Positions 63,821-64,000 of a stretch of DNA of 64,000 nucleotides are shown here, one piece after another. The DNA comes from Gemmatimonadota bacterium (GTDB lineage Bacteria > Gemmatimonadota > Gemmatimonadetes > JACCXV01 > JAHWKZ01), in assembly GCA_035708865.1 (NCBI GenBank), contig DASTFF010000026.1, positions 46,176-110,175 on the forward strand, written 5' to 3'. Positions within the stretch are counted from its first letter, which is position 1. Each line of letters opens with the position of its first letter. The notes beneath the pieces are model-generated. The model worked only from the letters and a program-made list of their open reading frames with translations. It made no database searches and was not told where the DNA came from. The translations under genes were made by a program, and so were the position numbers.

Positions 63821-64000
63821 GCGAGGTCCTCCCTGAGCACGCTCGCCCCGCCCAGATAGACGTGGCGGACTTCCGGTACGCCGCCCTCCCGCTGCGCGAG
63901 GACGAGGGCGCGGACGACGCGCGGGAGCTGGCCGTCGACCGGCACCTCCAGCGCGCTGAGGAGCGGCACCGAGGTCCAGCCGAGTCCGCGGGCCGCGGCC
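63817..64000 (-). CDS. 3' end of an unidentified gene running off the window
   Basis: An open frame with high GC3 ends ...[56 protein letters not shown]. Its stop overlaps the aroF start as GTGA. I cannot assign a family from 60 residues. Confidence 0.4.
   Translation of the reverse strand, partial: AAARGLGWTSVPLLSALEVPVDGQLPRVVRALVLAQREGGVPEVRHVYLGGASVLREDLA

Overview
The window is GC-rich (about 70% by eye) and densely packed with genes, nearly all on the minus strand. It comes from a diderm bacterium; the outer-membrane gene content resembles Gemmatimonadota-type genomes, but that is unverified inference.

Most of the content is housekeeping:
- hutU-hutI, selD, ridA, tatD and secDF
- an alr-DUF1844-cdd-eutN-lipoprotein-barrel operon
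- mazG, asnS and a BamB-like propeller
- an Omp85/TolB-like fusion protein
- the rseP-dxr-cdsA-uppS-frr-pyrH-tsf-rpsB-rpsI-rplM block
- mtnA, maf, dtd, glmS plus a mutase, and mgtE
- tRNA-Thr and tRNA-Phe
- a glycosyltransferase/P450 cluster
- dsbA-like, dusB, glpD, greA and yggX
- a near-complete shikimate operon (aroF-aroA-aroE-aroC-aroKB-aroQ) ending in a class III aminotransferase

The longest ORFs in the six-frame track are often upstream read-throughs or antisense shadows. I re-set starts using homology onset and a recurrent 4-nt stop/start overlap (NTGA), seen at 22 junctions.

The main finding is at 51254-52985. A 74-codon SelW/Rdx-like selenoprotein gene with an in-frame TGA (CTAU motif) and a SECIS-like hairpin is absent from the ORF track. 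A small MerR/CbpM-like gene precedes it. It is coupled through a CTGA junction to an FAD/NAD(P)H reductase that has no canonical start codon. selD lies in the same window.

Other points worth a second look:
- an orphan EutN/CcmL vertex protein
- a 116-nt tandem repeat with an inverted core
- a 121-nt element bounded by a 19-nt inverted repeat, directly after rseP
- an intrinsic terminator inside the greA leader
- a frame anomaly in a GT8-GT2 read-through ORF
- a truncated flavoprotein gene next to the tRNAs
- a recurring TTGACG-N17-TAnnnT promoter motif
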